The position numbers were made by a program, and so were the translations under genes. Source: Takakia lepidozioides (Eukaryota; Plantae; Bryophyta). From it: 64,000 nucleotides of DNA. The stretch spans positions 85,870,001-85,934,000 of the forward strand of contig CM060731.1 of the NCBI GenBank assembly GCA_030704615.1, read 5' to 3'. Under the pieces are notes generated by a model. The model had not been told where the DNA came from, made no database searches, and saw nothing but the letters and a program-made list of their open reading frames with translations. Each line of letters opens with the position of its first letter. The stretch's first letter is position 1. Below, one piece after another: positions 60,865 to 64,000 of this stretch.

Positions 60865-61952
60865 TGGGGTAACGACTCATTTTGAGTCGTAAAAGTCAAA
60901 AAACAGGGATCGACTGGAAGTTACAACAGACCAGTTACAACAGACGTGGTAGTTGGGTTGGACATCCAATGATTGGAGTGGTAAAGGACGTAGACGCGCG
61001 AACAACTGCTCAGCGATTAATGCGATTAATGCTGAAGAACCACGTGGCGTAACCAGGCGGGCCGCCCGTGTGTCTGATGTTTTGAGCTGACTTTGACTTT
61101 TCCCTCCGGATGAGTGGACTGACTCACCTGGGGCGCGGTGACACATGGATGCGGACGTGGATGCCGATGTGGTGGCGCCGCGACGAGCGGTAATGCCGCC
61201 GCGTGGCCACGGGCTCAAGACGCCACATCGCAGTTGGCCACATAACTTGGAGTGCTGCATGTCACGTGGCAACAGCCACTGGCGAAGTCGACTGCACAAC
61301 TGCCGGCAGACGAATCCACGGGGACCACGTGGAGAGTGTGTGGGTCGACGCGTGGCGTCGTCCCCACGCAATGGCAGTGAGGGGTACGACTGCTAGTGGA
61401 AAGACGCAGAGTGCTTGTGCCATCTCGGGACGGCTTTGGCCAACTCGGCTGCCACTTTGCTAGTTGGTTGCACTACAGTAGGAAAGCACTACAAATGAGC
61501 ACTTGTAGTGGTTTGTGTGAGTTGTCCAACTGACTTGCATTCTAAGCTGAAAATATGGTTCTGATGCATTCTACTGGTTTTAGTGGTTCACCCATATGCA
61601 GGGGGAATTGAGAAGCAATGATACTGGGCGACACTCAGAACATAGACCATGATGCATGCACAACATCACGCTAATGAACCAAATAGACGGGGCAACAGTG
61701 AGACCAAAGACCATCACACATACACATAGAAGGTGGACGGACACGACGACAAGTCAGGAAATGGAATATTGCATTCAAATTGGAGACTGTCACGGCACAC
61801 CTGCATATGTGCAAGACTAAATGCCAACATACATGGTTGCCGGACATCACTTAAACTGTCATGGCCCAAATGTACAAAACTGGTAACGTGAGTATCATAC
61901 ACACTTCTATGAGTATCATTACACACCCAACAGGGACTACAAACATGAAATG

Positions 61953-62240
61953 TCACTTGATACCTTCACCCCTCCTCATACTCTTCTCTGGCCACAGAGT
62001 CACCGTGCCTTTCACGTGCGCTAGTGTGGTCTGGGGGGGGGCATCGTCCACATTTGGGCAAGGCAGTGTAACACTTGGAAGCATGATCTCGTGGACTTTC
62101 ACCTTGTACCACCCGGATGGAATGTCCTTGCAGTGGAACTTGTCAACCCCGGCTATTCCCACCACTTCCGCCTTGGCGGCGGCTGTCTTTGACCGCTTGT
62201 CATGGGGGTTCAGGAGAAACACAGATCTGATATCTGCAGA
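61953..62240 (-). mobile_element. CACTA (En/Spm) TnpA/Tnp1-like C-terminal domain exon
   Basis: VFLL...AKAEV...FHCKDIPSGWYKVKV...LPCP...TLAHVKGTVTLWP fits the Tnp1/En/Spm-like domain pattern; acceptor TCTGCAG precedes it. Confidence 0.6.
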
Positions 62241-63005
62241 CACCAACATCAGGGTCCACTCAGCAACAAACATAGCAATGACAGGGTGAAAGTCAAGCGC
62301 AGCTGGGCATGGAAACGATCTTGGTTGCCACAATACTGAATCAGCAGCAAATTCATGGTGTACCAACCTACCTTGAAGCGAAGCTCGTCGCTGAGGGTGG
62401 CAACTGAGGAAAGCTGCCCACGTGTCTTCAACTGCAGCAGCAAAAAGAGGTTTAGTCAGACGGATAAGAATAACATGAACTCTGGTGGTTGCAATGGTAT
62501 AAACACACCTCCACGGAGCAAGCTAACTTACACCCTGCTCAGACCGTGCACACTACAACCTCCTGGCAAAAATAACCCTACTAAAAACCAGCCAGGCAAA
62601 GCAAGGAGCCATGAATGCATGCCTGGGGAACCACGTCCTGCTGCGATGATGGTGCCGGGGACAGCCCACTCCTCTTGCTCACCTGCAATGAATACACATT
62701 GCAACGCTTCAGGAAGTGTATCCATAAAGGAAACCAACCAAGTAAGTTTGCGGAGAGGGGCTGGGAACAACCATACCTTGGAGCCTGCCTCCTCATGCCG
62801 GGGGGGAAATCCGGAATGCTGCCGCCGTAGCACTATGGTCCTTGGCGCAGGACCCACCTTCTTCACAGACGACCCCACTGCCACTCCCTGTACATGTGGT
62901 CCCTGCAAAACATATAGTGCCAGCCTTGCGTGAGAGGGCATCCGGGGGGAACAAAACAAACATATCTTATCCATCGATGTCATGTTGCAAACAGTAAGGT
63001 TAGTT

Positions 63006-63950
63006 TCACCTGCATGGGCGCAGAAGTACTTCCCCAACGACCCCATCCTCTCCCACATTCAAGCTGCCAGTCGGGGTCAGCTTCCGCGTGCTTGTGAAGA
63101 CACGCACATCCTTGGAGCAAAACAAATCTTGGCAGTAGGGCCAGACTGTTTCTAAAAGGTACTCTGAATCGGGCCCCTCACTGACATTGCTAGTGACATC
63201 AAACGACAATGGATGGACCATGTTCAAAGGGGAGTTCCCCCTCCCCTTGTGTGGTGAATCATCCACTAGGAGGGTGTTGGATTCGTTAAATCCAGAAAAT
63301 TCCGACCACACCCTCGACAGTCTCTTCTGTAAGTTCTGTACGGCAGGCCCTTTTGTGGGGTGTGGCTCTGTCAAGGGGTCACACTCCTCTTGTGACCACA
63401 CAAAGAGGGGAGAACCCTTGACCCCCTGCATCACCACTTTGAAGATGTCTGCAACATTCCCCTTGGAAGCACAGGACCATATCCCAACGTAGAAATGCCG
63501 GAAGAGAAGGTTTAAAAACTCGCAGACCTGGGGCCTTGGGAAAACATACTTGTTGGTGGTCAACACCCATGGCCAATGACGCCTCGGGTTGGGCTGAAAG
63601 TTAGGAATAGAGTGGCACAGGATCCCGTTCAGGTCTAGAACAATTAGTTTCGACTTTTCTATGAAAGGAGCTTTTGAAGGGGTGTCACGGGGTCTCACCT
63701 CAGTGGGTTGGGAGACAACAGTCACCCCGGAGGGCAAAGTTTTGGTCCCCCTGCAGCCTGGACCAGGCAAACTACCACCCTCTCCCCCTACAGCTTCCCC
63801 TTTTCCCTTGATAGAATGAGCAATGACCCCCCCATCGTCCATGTCATCCCCACCAACTCGCTGGACCTCTCCCTCTTCAACGAGTGGACCCTGCCCCCCA
63901 CTGTGAATATCATCAACAACAGGCTGGACCTCTGTCACATCCCTACCCAC
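63006..63950 (-). CDS. FCP1/SCP (NIF) HAD-family phosphatase-like domain protein, probably transposon-borne; frame may extend beyond the window
   Basis: KLIVLDLNGIL, FPRPQVCEFL, VGIWS, FVWSQEEC, KRLSRVW, NTLLVDDSPHK. Confidence 0.8.
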   Translation of the reverse strand: MGRDVTEVQPVVDDIHSGGQGPLVEEGEVQRVGGDDMDDGGVIAHSIKGKGEAVGGEGGSLPGPGCRGTKTLPSGVTVVSQPTEVRPRDTPSKAPFIEKSKLIVLDLNGILCHSIPNFQPNPRRHWPWVLTTNKYVFPRPQVCEFLNLLFRHFYVGIWSCASKGNVADIFKVVMQGVKGSPLFVWSQEECDPLTEPHPTKGPAVQNLQKRLSRVWSEFSGFNESNTLLVDDSPHKGRGNSPLNMVHPLSFDVTSNVSEGPDSEYLLETVWPYCQDLFCSKDVRVFTSTRKLTPTGSLNVGEDGVVGEVLLRPCR

Positions 63951-64000
63951 TACAATTACTTCCTCCTTCTCAGGTACAATGGTCGCAGCAGGGGGGTCTT

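Overview
Eukaryotic nuclear DNA, most likely from a plant with flagellated sperm (bryophyte, lycophyte or fern grade; inferred from spliceosomal introns, plant-type WRAP73 and the ciliary gene CFAP58). Two host genes are present: the last three exons of CFAP58 (1-1789) and a complete 7-exon WRAP73/WDR8 gene (10453-21470), whose third intron holds an RTE/RTEX-type LINE and four very short copies of its 3' end. Most of the rest is transposable elements. The main signal is a Ty3/Gypsy family present in two copies (23162-34213, full-length but frameshifted; 36815-45800, deleted and rearranged). It has four unusual properties: (i) a DNMT3-like C5-cytosine methyltransferase inside pol, between protease and RT; (ii) an integrase ending in a PHD finger; (iii) a self-complementary, tRNA-independent primer-binding site; (iv) split, circularly permuted LTRs (A-B-gc-A...B). 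The real TGTC...GACA ends and 4-bp TSD map to an internal palindrome, GACAGCTGTC, which suggests a DDE integrase inserting a circular intermediate. Further right are the 3' half of an Athila/Tat-like Gypsy element with a ~990-codon extra ORF and a CACTA-like region. That region carries a head-to-head pair of paralogous unknown ORFs, a spliced beta-class amino-(N4C/N6A)-methyltransferase-like gene, a TnpA-like domain and an FCP1/NIF phosphatase-like ORF. All calls come from reading motifs by eye; no database searches were run.
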